Shown here: positions 17,288 through 27,431 of the stretch, in pieces | Layout: the number at the start of each line of letters is the position of its first letter | How positions within the stretch are numbered: the first letter of the stretch is position 1 | Source: an uncultured Gammaproteobacteria bacterium | GTDB taxonomy: Bacteria; Patescibacteriota; Microgenomatia; UBA1406; GWC2-37-13 | NCBI GenBank assembly: GCA_964535635.1 | Contig: CAZHVF010000001.1 | Location: forward strand, 6,508-70,507 | Direction of reading: 5' to 3' | DNA: 64,000 nucleotides | Program-made: the position numbers and the translations under genes | Notes under the pieces: generated by a model | What the model was told of the DNA's origin: nothing | Databases searched by the model: none | What the model saw: only the letters and a program-made list of their open reading frames with translations

Positions 17288-20200
17288 TAGGACTGATAAA
17301 TGGCGTGTGGTTCGCCGTTTCTCCACTGAGGTCACGTGCTACGTAACAGCGTTGAGTCAGGTCGTAACCGTTAAAATTAAATCTCTCTGAGAGAAAGATT
17401 CTACGCTGAGCATCACTTGAGTATTGATTATAAAAGTGCCTGATGGTCCGACTGTAGTTTGAAACAGCGCCGTCATCACCTGGAACAAGTATTTTTGTTT
17501 TTCCTCTCTTTAGAGCGGTATCGGACAAGCCATCGATGAAGGTTTCTATGAGAGTGCTTATGTCGTAAGATTCTTCGTGTGGAATATCGAAACCTCGTAC
17601 TAATAATGCGTTTTCACCTGTTTCCGTAGCGACTTCAAATACGAGCACCGATCCGATGAACTCAGGAGTACCCCCCGCTGTTGCCCTTCGAACAAACTTA
17701 TACGGGACAACATCGCGACCTTTAAGTAAGGGATATTCAGCCGTATAACACACATCGGCTAAGTATCCCGACATCTCTCCGATAAACCCTCTATCAGGGA
17801 TTGCTTGGATCGTAGCTCGTGAAGCAGTCTTCGTAAGCTCCATCCTACTCACTCCTTCATTCAACCTCCCGTAATATGGCTCAAATATTTCTCGCAGATT
17901 ATCTCGATGCTCCTTGATAGCCTGTCTCGTTTCTAGCGACCAGTATTTCATCATCTCGCCATCACTACCAAACTTAAGCACGTGCTCTTTGAGTGGATCC
18001 TTGATAAAATCTTTTAGTTTCAGTATGTTTTCCGGCTTAATAGGAGCCGTCTCATTTCTTAATTCAGAGAGCTCACCCATTAACTCTCTGAAACCAGGCT
18101 CAACTTCGTAGAGTCGTGCAAGTATAGTTGCCTGGATAAGTCGTCCGAGTTCTACACGATCTGACTTACCTGCTTTGATCGCTATAAGACGTCGAAATAA
18201 AACATCCGATGTTAATTCTTCGGTTGTGAGGGAGCTTATAGAATCTAGGTAAGCTTGATACCTTGTTGATTCAGCCTCCAGCGCAGATTGACGTTGTGGA
18301 TCAGCGGAATCTCTGAGGGTTTTAAGCGTTGCTAGTTTATTTCGCAGCAGCGATTGTGCAGCACTCTGAATCGCTCCAGACTCATTCTCAAAATTAACCC
18401 CTTTCTGAATCTCGAGAGCTAATTCGCGTACTGTATCTACATATGGGGATATGTCAAGATGGAGCTCGATATTATCTGAACTTAAAGTTATAGATTCGTA
18501 ACCCTCAGGGACATCTTTCACGAGTCCTCTTTCGTGGTCTTTTTGGAAATCAGATACAATTTCAGTGAATGTAAGTCGATGAACGTCAAACCTATGAGAT
18601 GCCTTACCAGTCATTATTTTGAGCATTTCGAGCTCATAGAGGTTGAGGTCCGACAAATCGAGTAATGGCTCTTCTCCATACATTTTATCCTTCATGAGAC
18701 TGATCGATTTGAGAAATTCTGCCTTATTCGTAAGTCCTATGTCTCGCATCTGACGGGGCAATTCGGCAATACTTCCATTTTCAAGTTGAGTTAATGCATC
18801 AAAGTACTGCACAATCATATTCGACTTTGAAAAACCGAAGAGCTCTATATATTCTCCCGCCATCCGAACAGTCTCGGCTGAAAACTTCAATTTCATTCTA
18901 TCTACTAAGTAATCCATAAAGTCTGATGTACGATCATAGGCGTTATGAAGAAAGGCATTTCTTCGCTCATCATTATCCTCAGGAAGCGCTCGGAAAAATC
19001 TATTCATAACTTCGTCTCCGAATAACACTCTCCAATCCTGTTTTGTTCCCTGCATGATAAATCTCTTGGGGTCAGCTTCAGCATATCTACGAACGCCATC
19101 GCTGCCAAATATCGCTTTCCAATCGGCTAGATTTAGTGTCTTAATTGCATCTGGCTTATAAACGACTAATGAATTAAAAAGATTGTCGAGCTGTTGAGGA
19201 TCTTGGAGATCGTTCACGAGCTTTGAGAAGTATTCTTTAATAGCAAACGCTTTCATTTCATAATCGAAATAAGCATTTCCTTTTGTGTCACCAATAGCCG
19301 TGCAAAACTCTGCAATATTGCGGGCAGTTATTGCCATTTGATCCTCTGTGAGTTTTGCGTCTATTAAGTAGACACTAAGCTCGGCGAGCTCTCTCGGAAT
19401 CCTTCGCCCCAGTTCTGGCTTAATAAGTCCTTCCTTTACCAGTGTTGTATTTACCATAGAGGCTCTCTGCAATACTTGAACCCGCATGCTTCCATCTCTC
19501 AGAAATACGCTCACTGGCAGTTGGGTATTGGCGATAAGTTGCACAGCGGAAATGAGTTGCTCATCGGTTAAATCGGCACTGAGGAGTTGAGCAACTAACG
19601 TACGAGTGTTATCTGATGGTTTGAAGCGGTCATCAATCAAATCAGTACCTCGCACAGACTTCCCGAGCACTAATATTCGTTTGATACGCGCGAGCTCTTG
19701 ATCCCTCTGTTCTGCCGTTAAATCAACTCTATTAAATATCTCTTCAATATCTTTCTTCCTATCAGAGGTAAAACCGAAGGGAAGCTCACTTAGTTCATTA
19801 CCGTCGAAATTTTGTGAGGTATGAGTTCTCTTAATTACGTCAACTATGTCTGCGTCTGTAATATACACCCTGCGGTCATGAATATATTCGGATAGTTTAA
19901 GGTCGCCCTTTGGATATTCTGTCAGCCCGAGTTGCATGGGGACCAATACACGTTGCTTCACGGCGTGTTTCAAATCCAACAGCGCTTCGCTTTTTTGCGC
20001 ATATGTGCCTATCTCTGAAACTCGCAGTTCAAGGAGCTCAGACCTTACCGACTCGAGTTCAGGGAATTTTATGAGAGAATCGTTAACCAATTCTGGCCAA
20101 TCTGCTCGTTCCTTTATTTTGAGAAGTGCTCGTCTCGCATGACCCTCGAAGTATGTCGACTGCCTTCCTCTATGATCCCCTGATGTTCTGCTGTCTAAAG

Positions 20201-21098
20201 AATTCATTACGACGAGTCTCCGTATTAGCTCTGGCGTAGGATATTGAGCAAGAAACTCAACTGCTTTTCCGGGCTCTTCAACTCTCGCTCGCTCCTTCCA
20301 GTGAGCATCTGGTGAATAATCTTCGGTTTGGCGTTGTTCCAGACATATGTTCATCGATTCTTCATATATTTCTTTTTGTAATTTATCGGCAATGCCCTCG
20401 GAAAAGAAATGCTTGTAGAGATCGGTGTTCTCGTATTTTTTCACGGCAAGGAGCGCGTGAACTCTATTTTCAAATCCGGTTATGGCAAATGGCATATCCA
20501 GCGCAAACAGCTCTGCTTCAACTAAGCTCTTCACACTATCAGTGAATCTGTGTTCATGAAAAGGATCAATGAGACGATCGAGATTTAATTCACGAAGTTT
20601 TGATGCAGCTCGATTCTGAATGGGTTGATATTTAGCAGCTCTTTCTTCATATTCAGGGTTATGTCTACCGGGAATTTCCTTTTTTGCCATCACATACTCT
20701 CTCAAAAGTTGCTGAGCAGTAATAATTTCGTCTGGTGTAAGGTCCGAGTTGTAAAACTGAATAATTTCTGCGAAGTCATCGTTAAGAACTGCGTTCTTAT
20801 AGTATTCTTCAAACACAGTCTTCGGTGCTCTTTTTATATCCTCTACCTCTTTTTGCTCTCCGCGTGAAAGATCGTTCCATGCACGACCACTAACCATTTC
20901 CTTCACAGCGCTCGCCCTTATCTTGAACTCTTCGAATGCCTTTTTAGCATCGAGGCCTTTCTCTGGATTCAGGACATCGCTGGACACGTCACTGTTTCCA
21001 GGGGGAGGTGGAGAGGCGCTAAGGGGTGTATGATTTATTACTGGTTTTGGTTTTTCAAGCAGAGCTACTGAGCCGGTTATTTCTTGTCCTTCTGGCAT
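17280..21098 (-). CDS. giant (1,272 aa) hypothetical protein, predominantly helical, with distinct C-terminal alpha/beta region
   Basis: Single uninterrupted ORF. No signal peptide, TM, P-loop or known catalytic motif recognised. Recurrent [DK]LTx[DE][EQ] helix-start motif (4 copies). C-terminal ~200 aa contains GYLADVCYT ... GFDIPHEE. Starts 18 nt after the ABC permease stop. Confidence 0.85.
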   Translation of the reverse strand: MPEGQEITGSVALLEKPKPVINHTPLSASPPPPGNSDVSSDVLNPEKGLDAKKAFEEFKIRASAVKEMVSGRAWNDLSRGEQKEVEDIKRAPKTVFEEYYKNAVLNDDFAEIIQFYNSDLTPDEIITAQQLLREYVMAKKEIPGRHNPEYEERAAKYQPIQNRAASKLRELNLDRLIDPFHEHRFTDSVKSLVEAELFALDMPFAITGFENRVHALLAVKKYENTDLYKHFFSEGIADKLQKEIYEESMNICLEQRQTEDYSPDAHWKERARVEEPGKAVEFLAQYPTPELIRRLVVMNSLDSRTSGDHRGRQSTYFEGHARRALLKIKERADWPELVNDSLIKFPELESVRSELLELRVSEIGTYAQKSEALLDLKHAVKQRVLVPMQLGLTEYPKGDLKLSEYIHDRRVYITDADIVDVIKRTHTSQNFDGNELSELPFGFTSDRKKDIEEIFNRVDLTAEQRDQELARIKRILVLGKSVRGTDLIDDRFKPSDNTRTLVAQLLSADLTDEQLISAVQLIANTQLPVSVFLRDGSMRVQVLQRASMVNTTLVKEGLIKPELGRRIPRELAELSVYLIDAKLTEDQMAITARNIAEFCTAIGDTKGNAYFDYEMKAFAIKEYFSKLVNDLQDPQQLDNLFNSLVVYKPDAIKTLNLADWKAIFGSDGVRRYAEADPKRFIMQGTKQDWRVLFGDEVMNRFFRALPEDNDERRNAFLHNAYDRTSDFMDYLVDRMKLKFSAETVRMAGEYIELFGFSKSNMIVQYFDALTQLENGSIAELPRQMRDIGLTNKAEFLKSISLMKDKMYGEEPLLDLSDLNLYELEMLKIMTGKASHRFDVHRLTFTEIVSDFQKDHERGLVKDVPEGYESITLSSDNIELHLDISPYVDTVRELALEIQKGVNFENESGAIQSAAQSLLRNKLATLKTLRDSADPQRQSALEAESTRYQAYLDSISSLTTEELTSDVLFRRLIAIKAGKSDRVELGRLIQATILARLYEVEPGFRELMGELSELRNETAPIKPENILKLKDFIKDPLKEHVLKFGSDGEMMKYWSLETRQAIKEHRDNLREIFEPYYGRLNEGVSRMELTKTASRATIQAIPDRGFIGEMSGYLADVCYTAEYPLLKGRDVVPYKFVRRATAGGTPEFIGSVLVFEVATETGENALLVRGFDIPHEESYDISTLIETFIDGLSDTALKRGKTKILVPGDDGAVSNYSRTIRHFYNQYSSDAQRRIFLSERFNFNGYDLTQRCYVARDLSGETANHTPFISPTT

Positions 21099-21116
21099 AT
21101 TTCATCTTACCAAGAT

Positions 21117-22319
21117 TTACTCGCTTCGAATAGCATCGATCGGCGAAAGATCTGCCGCTCGTTTTGCCGGAAAGACGCCGAAGATCACGCCGATTGCCGT
21201 GGAGATTCCGATCGCAAGAAGTACCGTTGGGGCATCGACATAAGCAGGGAATACGCTCTGAACCGCGAGAATAATGAGGTAAGAAAATACAAGTCCCATC
21301 AGACCACCAAACATAGACAAGATCACCGACTCAACAAGAAACTGATATAAAATGTCTGCTTTCCGAGCACCAAGCGCTCTGCGAACTCCAATCTCACGAG
21401 TTTTCTCGGTGACCATAACATACATGATATTCATGATTCCAATTCCTCCTACGACCAGTGAAATCGCTGCAATGGCTACAAGCGCCACATTGAGCGTACT
21501 GAAGATCTGATTGAGGGCGTCTAATATTTGTGTTGGCTCGAATACTGAAAACTCATCCTCTTTATATCTCTTCAGGAGCACATCCGAGATATCGTTCTTG
21601 ATTGTCGTAACGCTGGTGCCGGTACTGAACTTGATCGAAAAAGCTACAAACTTTTTATCCGGGTTAAAGATATACGCACTTTTGTATGGAATGTACACAA
21701 ACGAATCAAGATCCGGTCCTCCAAAACCACCGCCTTTTGATTTCAATACACCGATAACTTTGAAGGATGTTCCCTGAATTTTAATGGTATTTCCAACTGC
21801 ATTCTCTTCACGGATGAATAGTTTCGCAGCCAATTTGGGCCCGATTACGACACGCTTTGCTCGTCGAGATACATCCGCCTTTGTAAACAACTCGCCGTAC
21901 TGAAGCTCAAGATTTAGTACCGGAAAAATATCTTCGTTCGTTGCATAGAGATCGGCGAACTCTTTTTTACTCCCATAGATAACATCGCTACTTGTTGCAA
22001 AGATTGGCGCAATATTTTTTATGGTGCGAATACGGTTCAGTGAGAGAAAATCCTTATCGTCAAATCGAATTGCTCCAACGGCCGACCCACCTGTTCTGAA
22101 CTGACCATTTCGAATTACTGTCCCCGGGACAACGCGAAGAGTATTTGTGCCAAAGCTTTCGAATTGATCTTGAATGTATTTTTTCAAACCGAGGCCTGCT
22201 GCAGTCAACAGAACAACCGCCATCACTCCAATGAGAATTCCCAATGATGTAAGAAACGTTCTCCCCTTATTTCGGGAGAAGTTAAAAAGAGCGTTCTTGA
22301 GTAAAAATGAGAAATACAT
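21117..22319 (-). CDS. ABC transporter permease, MacB/FtsX family
   Basis: 400 aa: N-terminal TM, large extracytoplasmic domain (MacB_PCD-like), C-terminal FtsX-type 3-TM bundle (TREIGVRRALGA motif). Confidence 0.9.
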   Translation of the reverse strand: MYFSFLLKNALFNFSRNKGRTFLTSLGILIGVMAVVLLTAAGLGLKKYIQDQFESFGTNTLRVVPGTVIRNGQFRTGGSAVGAIRFDDKDFLSLNRIRTIKNIAPIFATSSDVIYGSKKEFADLYATNEDIFPVLNLELQYGELFTKADVSRRAKRVVIGPKLAAKLFIREENAVGNTIKIQGTSFKVIGVLKSKGGGFGGPDLDSFVYIPYKSAYIFNPDKKFVAFSIKFSTGTSVTTIKNDISDVLLKRYKEDEFSVFEPTQILDALNQIFSTLNVALVAIAAISLVVGGIGIMNIMYVMVTEKTREIGVRRALGARKADILYQFLVESVILSMFGGLMGLVFSYLIILAVQSVFPAYVDAPTVLLAIGISTAIGVIFGVFPAKRAADLSPIDAIRSE

Positions 22320-22987
22320 TATGCGATTTTTCCGTCAACTATTCGAATTTGTCGTTTTGTCTTTGCTGCAATGTCAGGTTCATGCGTGACGATGACTACC
22401 GTAATTTTATCCTTTGTATTTAGCTCCTTTAAGAGCTTCATGATCTCGTCACCGGTCTTGGTATCGAGATTTCCTGTCGGCTCATCTGCAAGAATGAGTT
22501 TCGGCTCCATAATCAGCGCGCGGGCGATCGCGACTCGCTGTTGTTGTCCGCCGGAGATTTTGTTTGGGTAGGAACCGGCTTTATCTTTCATGCCGAACCG
22601 TTCAAGAAGATAGAGTGCCTTCTCTTTAGGATCGTAGGAGAGTTTTTTTCGGGCGTAAACGGTTGGGAGAAGAATATTTTCGAGAACCGTCAGCTTACTG
22701 ATCAGGTTAAACTGTTGAAAAACAAAACCAACAAACTCATTACGAAGTGTCGAAATCTGATCATCGTCCAATGACGAGATGTCCTTTCCATCAATAAACA
22801 CCTTCCCCGTCGATGGCTTGTCGAGAAGTCCGATAACATGCATTAATGTAGATTTTCCACTTCCGGAAGGACCGATGATCGCTGAGAATTCGCCGTCTTT
22901 TATCACGACCGAAACTTCTTTGAGGGCGGTAAACACAAGATCCTCATCGAGTCGGTATTCTTTGATGACGTTGTCGAGTTTAATCAT
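22319..22987 (-). CDS. ABC transporter ATP-binding protein (MacB/LolD type)
   Basis: Walker A GPSGSGKST, signature LSGGQQQRVAIARAL, Walker B ILADEPTGNLD. ATG 22987 overlaps the upstream stop (ATGATTAA). Confidence 0.93.
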   Translation of the reverse strand: MIKLDNVIKEYRLDEDLVFTALKEVSVVIKDGEFSAIIGPSGSGKSTLMHVIGLLDKPSTGKVFIDGKDISSLDDDQISTLRNEFVGFVFQQFNLISKLTVLENILLPTVYARKKLSYDPKEKALYLLERFGMKDKAGSYPNKISGGQQQRVAIARALIMEPKLILADEPTGNLDTKTGDEIMKLLKELNTKDKITVVIVTHEPDIAAKTKRQIRIVDGKIA

Positions 22988-24032
22988 AGATGATATCGCC
23001 TTCCTGCAAACCTTCGAGAATGACCGTGGCGGTATCAATTTCTTCACCGAGCGTTACAGGGGTTTTGACTTTCTGATCATTTTTCTTTGTGTACACAAAA
23101 TTCTTGCCGCTCTCACGATGAATGAAGGTCGTTGGAACACCAAGAACATCATGAATCTGCTTTGTGACAAATTCGATGTCTCCTGTCATGCCGAGTCGAT
23201 ACTTCATCGCTTGCGATGCGGCGGATGATGCTTCGAGATCAACCTTCACTTCATAAACAGTGCCCGTCTCATCTGCTTTTGGTGTAAATGCAATCGACTG
23301 TACGGTTCCGGTATCTCGATCGTCCGGAAATGCATCGAAGGTTATCTTTCCCGTATCGCCTTCCTTCAGCTTAATCACATCTGTCTGATCAACGGCACCA
23401 GAAAAGTACAGCGTAGATGGATCGACGATGACGATCTCTGCCTGCGTTGGGGTGATGTTTACTCCTGCTTGTTTGGTTCCCATCGCCACCACAATCCCGT
23501 TGATGGGTGAGATGAGTGTTGAGTAGCGAAGTGCGATGTCCGAAAGCTCTACATCCAAGATCGAGCTATCAAGATCGTATTGTGATTTTTTGTATGCGTC
23601 GATTGCATCCTGTCTCGCATACTGGTCGGCCGGAAGTGCATGATTGTCGTAGTCGAGCGTTGAGTTATCGTGCAACATTCGCTCTTTTTCATATGCGATC
23701 AGTTCTTTTTGGAGTTGTTTTTTGAGCGTTTGTTGGTCGAGTGAGGCTACTGCTTGATACTTTTTTACGGTGTCGCCCTCCTGCACTCCGAGCCATGCAA
23801 GCCGACCCGATGTTTGAAATCGAAGTGTTGCCTTTTGCATTGCATCGACCGAGCCAGAAAATGTCAGCACTTCCTGAAGTGTCTGGCGCTTTACCCGGTA
23901 GGACACTTCTGAGGCATCTTTTGGCTTTCCGGCGGTTGCTCGATATCCGACAAAGCCGAGTACTGCGATGATGATGAGAACGATGATCCAGCGCTTCTTG
24001 ATAAACTTCCAGATTGATTTCAGTTTTGACAT
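22980..24032 (-). CDS. HlyD/MacA-like membrane-fusion (periplasmic adaptor) protein
   Basis: N-terminal TM anchor (WIIVLIIIAVLGFVGY), coiled-coil hairpin region, beta-barrel C-terminal part. First gene of the adaptor-ATPase-permease triad. Confidence 0.8.
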   Translation of the reverse strand: MSKLKSIWKFIKKRWIIVLIIIAVLGFVGYRATAGKPKDASEVSYRVKRQTLQEVLTFSGSVDAMQKATLRFQTSGRLAWLGVQEGDTVKKYQAVASLDQQTLKKQLQKELIAYEKERMLHDNSTLDYDNHALPADQYARQDAIDAYKKSQYDLDSSILDVELSDIALRYSTLISPINGIVVAMGTKQAGVNITPTQAEIVIVDPSTLYFSGAVDQTDVIKLKEGDTGKITFDAFPDDRDTGTVQSIAFTPKADETGTVYEVKVDLEASSAASQAMKYRLGMTGDIEFVTKQIHDVLGVPTTFIHRESGKNFVYTKKNDQKVKTPVTLGEEIDTATVILEGLQEGDIIYD

Positions 24033-24038
24033 AGGATG

Positions 24039-25166
24039 TTATAAGTATGGAGCCCAGTTCCCTACCGGCATTGCATTTCCCTGAATAAAACTCCACGCAT
24101 ACAGGTAAATAGCGGGTAGGAGAATGATCATCGCGATCACGGCTCTCCTTGAAGTAAAAAACTTCTCAAATATTATACAGGTTATTGGCCATAACGGCAA
24201 AGCGTACCGCGATATATCGCGGTGCTGTACGAAGATGAGTCCAATAAAAAATACGAGTGAAAAGTAAAAGAGCGACCGGAGTTGATGTCGGTACGAATTG
24301 ATGACGGTCACTGCGTAGAGGTAAAAATACAGCACGATCTCTTCCAACCAATGCGTGCCAACCCACTTTGCCGATGCATCGAATGCAGAGAACGGATACG
24401 GCATCGGTACAACATACCCAGTGTGCCAATATGCAAATGGATCATAATACTGCTGTGCATAGATCGTACAGACGGCAAAAAGTCCAATAGGTATCAAGAG
24501 GAGCCATACCGAAGCAGATGTAAACTTCTTCGACTCACGAGTACGTACGATCTCTGCAAGCGCAAATCCAGGAAAAAGGAGTATGCCGGGCAACTTTGTC
24601 ATCACCGCAAGGCCTCCCGCAAGTCCGGCACCGATGTAGTTTTTCTTCTCGTAGAAGAAGATTGCAGTGAGGGCGAGCAACATGAAGAGACTCTCAGGTG
24701 ACCCTACCGAACGGACTACGAGAAATCGAGGCAGCATGAGCATCGTCATCGTGAGGAGGAGCGGACGTTTGGTGAGGTTCTTCTGCCGAAGAATGTAATA
24801 AAACATCCATCCCATCAGAACCGTCGAAAGTATAGTAACCGCAATCATCGCCTTCGGATACCCAAGAAAAGAGAGTGCCCGAATGATGGCTGGGTATAGG
24901 GGAAGATGGGCGGCGAAGTATGACGCTGGCAATCCATTTTCTAGGTGAAGGGCATTGATTGCGGTAGGATTATAGAACGTTTTTGCTGCAACGACATAGA
25001 GGAGACCATCATAATTTCGATAGAGAACTCCGGTATCGGTGTTTTTTATGTGTACACCCACCGCAGAGAGCTGGGGAACAAAAGGCAGCCACACGATCGC
25101 GCTTGTGAGAAGGACAAATAAAGCGATGAGTACGTAGTCGCGATAGGCGCTTAAAAAGCGGGGCAT
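24039..25166 (-). CDS. GT-C-like polytopic membrane glycosyltransferase (PIG-V/DUF2029-like)
   Basis: 375 aa, about 10 TMs. YDGLLYVVAAKTFY in the first loop resembles the WDxxxYxxIA motif of PIG-V-type mannosyltransferases. Confidence 0.6.
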   Translation of the reverse strand: MPRFLSAYRDYVLIALFVLLTSAIVWLPFVPQLSAVGVHIKNTDTGVLYRNYDGLLYVVAAKTFYNPTAINALHLENGLPASYFAAHLPLYPAIIRALSFLGYPKAMIAVTILSTVLMGWMFYYILRQKNLTKRPLLLTMTMLMLPRFLVVRSVGSPESLFMLLALTAIFFYEKKNYIGAGLAGGLAVMTKLPGILLFPGFALAEIVRTRESKKFTSASVWLLLIPIGLFAVCTIYAQQYYDPFAYWHTGYVVPMPYPFSAFDASAKWVGTHWLEEIVLYFYLYAVTVINSYRHQLRSLFYFSLVFFIGLIFVQHRDISRYALPLWPITCIIFEKFFTSRRAVIAMIILLPAIYLYAWSFIQGNAMPVGNWAPYL

Positions 25167-26673
25167 GATTTATTATACTATGGTAATGCTAAAGAGAATT
25201 GAGTCGCTCTTCGGAGGTCGCTCTTGGCTCCTATCGGTCACCCTCTTGTTTGGTGTTGGTCTTTTTCTTCGGCTCTTTCGTATCTACGAATCGGCAACCT
25301 TCCTTGGTGATCAAGGACGTGATGCCTTGGTGATGTTTGATATCACTACTCTTCGACACTTACCTGCACTCGGTCCGATTACCTCAGTTGGAAGCATTTT
25401 TCTCGGTCCGCTCTACTACTATCTCATGGCACCGTGGCTCGCACTCACGTTTTTTAATCCGATAGGACCTGCCATAGGCGTTGCGCTCATCAACTCAATC
25501 TCCCTTCCGCTCCAGTATCTCGCGGTAAAAGAAATGATCGATAAGAAAGTTGCACTCCTCTCGGTTACGCTCGCGACATTCTCCTGGGTATTAATTGAAT
25601 ACTCCCGATTTTCATGGAACCCAAATCTCCTTCCACAGGTAACGTTTTTTTCTGTGTACACACTCTATAAGATCGTGCATACCAAAAAACTACGTTACTT
25701 CATCGCACACGGAGCGCTCCTCTCCTTGGCTGTGCAACTGCATTACCTTGCAGTATTTCTCCTCCCGATCACCATCGTTGTACTCTTAATCAATGATCTG
25801 AACGAGAAGAAAAAAACATTACTCCTTCATCTCGGCAATACGACCGTACTCGGCCTTTCCTTCATTCTCCCATTCGCACCATTCATCTTATTTGAAACAC
25901 TGCATTCATTCCCGAATGTGCGGAGTATCCTCCACTTCTCATCTACAAACTCAGGAGCAAGCACTACGCCGTTTATCACCGAAGTCTTTACAACCGTTCA
26001 AAATATGACATTGTACGCATTTCAACAAACAGTCATCGATCGTATCGCGGCACTTATTGTCCTTGGATTGATAACCATCTTCATTGTTGCTCTCAAGCAA
26101 AAACGAGCTCTCACCTATGTTGCAGGACCACTCCTCATTCTCATTCTCGGTACATCGCTCTATAAAGGACCAAAATATGCACACTACCTTGGAGGTATGT
26201 ACATACTCCTGTACGTTATCGCGAGTAGTCTGCTCATTAGTCTCCTCAATAAATCTCGGCTCGTTGGACTATGCGTTACTGGAGTTCTGATTGCACTCTT
26301 CCTCAGCATGAATATTCCAAAATATTACTATCTCTTTGAACGGGAACATCAGAATCAAATCGAAAAAGCCAGACAAACCGCTGACACGATTATCTCAATG
26401 GATCCAGGGGATTCCTTTACCCTTACGTCATCTCCAGATGCGTACGCGGATTATCCCTATCGATACTTCCTCCTTTCCATGGGACACGCGGCGATTGCAA
26501 AAGAAGCCGATTCCTATGCAAATCCGAAGAATCTGTTTATTGTCTGCGAAACCGACTGCAATCCTATGAACGATCCGCAGTGGGCAGTGGCACATTTTAA
26601 TGCAACGGAAATTTCGTCGATGAAAAAGGTTTCACGATATCCGTGGATTACGGTTTACAAGCTGACGCATTGA
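25165..26673 (+). CDS. GT-C membrane glycosyltransferase (ArnT/PMT_2-like)
   Basis: 502 aa, more than 10 TMs, first-loop acidic motif FLGDQGRDALV, C-terminal soluble domain. The start may be ATG 25186 (TATACT lies 6 nt upstream). Confidence 0.72.
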   Translation: MIYYTMVMLKRIESLFGGRSWLLSVTLLFGVGLFLRLFRIYESATFLGDQGRDALVMFDITTLRHLPALGPITSVGSIFLGPLYYYLMAPWLALTFFNPIGPAIGVALINSISLPLQYLAVKEMIDKKVALLSVTLATFSWVLIEYSRFSWNPNLLPQVTFFSVYTLYKIVHTKKLRYFIAHGALLSLAVQLHYLAVFLLPITIVVLLINDLNEKKKTLLLHLGNTTVLGLSFILPFAPFILFETLHSFPNVRSILHFSSTNSGASTTPFITEVFTTVQNMTLYAFQQTVIDRIAALIVLGLITIFIVALKQKRALTYVAGPLLILILGTSLYKGPKYAHYLGGMYILLYVIASSLLISLLNKSRLVGLCVTGVLIALFLSMNIPKYYYLFEREHQNQIEKARQTADTIISMDPGDSFTLTSSPDAYADYPYRYFLLSMGHAAIAKEADSYANPKNLFIVCETDCNPMNDPQWAVAHFNATEISSMKKVSRYPWITVYKLTH

Positions 26674-27431
26674 TGTCCATGAAAATTTCACTTGTCATTC
26701 CCTGCTACAACGAAGAGACGAATATCCAAAAAGGAGTACTCGATAAGGTTGGCAACTATGTTGTCGAGAACGATCTGTTTGGTGAAGTGCTTATCGTTGA
26801 CGATGGCTCAACTGATAACTCTCGGATGATCATCAAAAAAACATATCTCCCCAAATACAAGAAATTCCGTCTCGTCGAGAACCAACATGGAGGAAAAGCA
26901 AGTGCGGTGATTACCGGAATTCAAAAGGCAGCAGAAGAGCATGTCATGTTCATGGACATTGATCTCGCAACGCCGATCGAAGAATCGGAAAAACTCATTG
27001 AGCATGCTAAAAAGAACGTCGACATCGTGATCGGATCTCGTAGCTCAACACGGGAAGGCGCTCCATTTCTACGAAAAGTTATGGCGGTAGGATTTATCAT
27101 TATCCGGAACGTCGCCCTCGGTTTGAGAAACATACGCGATACACAGTGTGGGTTCAAGCTCTTCCGTCGAACCGTCGCTCTATCGATCATTGATCGAATG
27201 AGACTGTTTCGTCATCACGATCTCGTCTCAGGGTCGTCGGTTTCAGCTGCATTTGATCTCGAGTTCTTATTTCTTGCAACGAAGTTACAATACTCCATTA
27301 AAGAAGTGCCGGTGTCATGGCGCCATGTTGAAACCAAGAACGTTTCGTTTATCCATGATACGTTCGAGACATTAAAAGACATTGCTACGATCATGTATTT
27401 CGATCTCACGAAACAATATGAATCGAATTAA
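26673..27431 (+). CDS. GT2 polyprenol-phosphate glycosyltransferase (Dpm1/Dpg-like, soluble form)
   Basis: ISLVIPCYNEE, VLIVDDGSTDNS, FMDIDLATP (DxD), QCGFKLF. Start overlaps the upstream stop (TGATG). Confidence 0.85.
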   Translation: MSMKISLVIPCYNEETNIQKGVLDKVGNYVVENDLFGEVLIVDDGSTDNSRMIIKKTYLPKYKKFRLVENQHGGKASAVITGIQKAAEEHVMFMDIDLATPIEESEKLIEHAKKNVDIVIGSRSSTREGAPFLRKVMAVGFIIIRNVALGLRNIRDTQCGFKLFRRTVALSIIDRMRLFRHHDLVSGSSVSAAFDLEFLFLATKLQYSIKEVPVSWRHVETKNVSFIHDTFETLKDIATIMYFDLTKQYESN

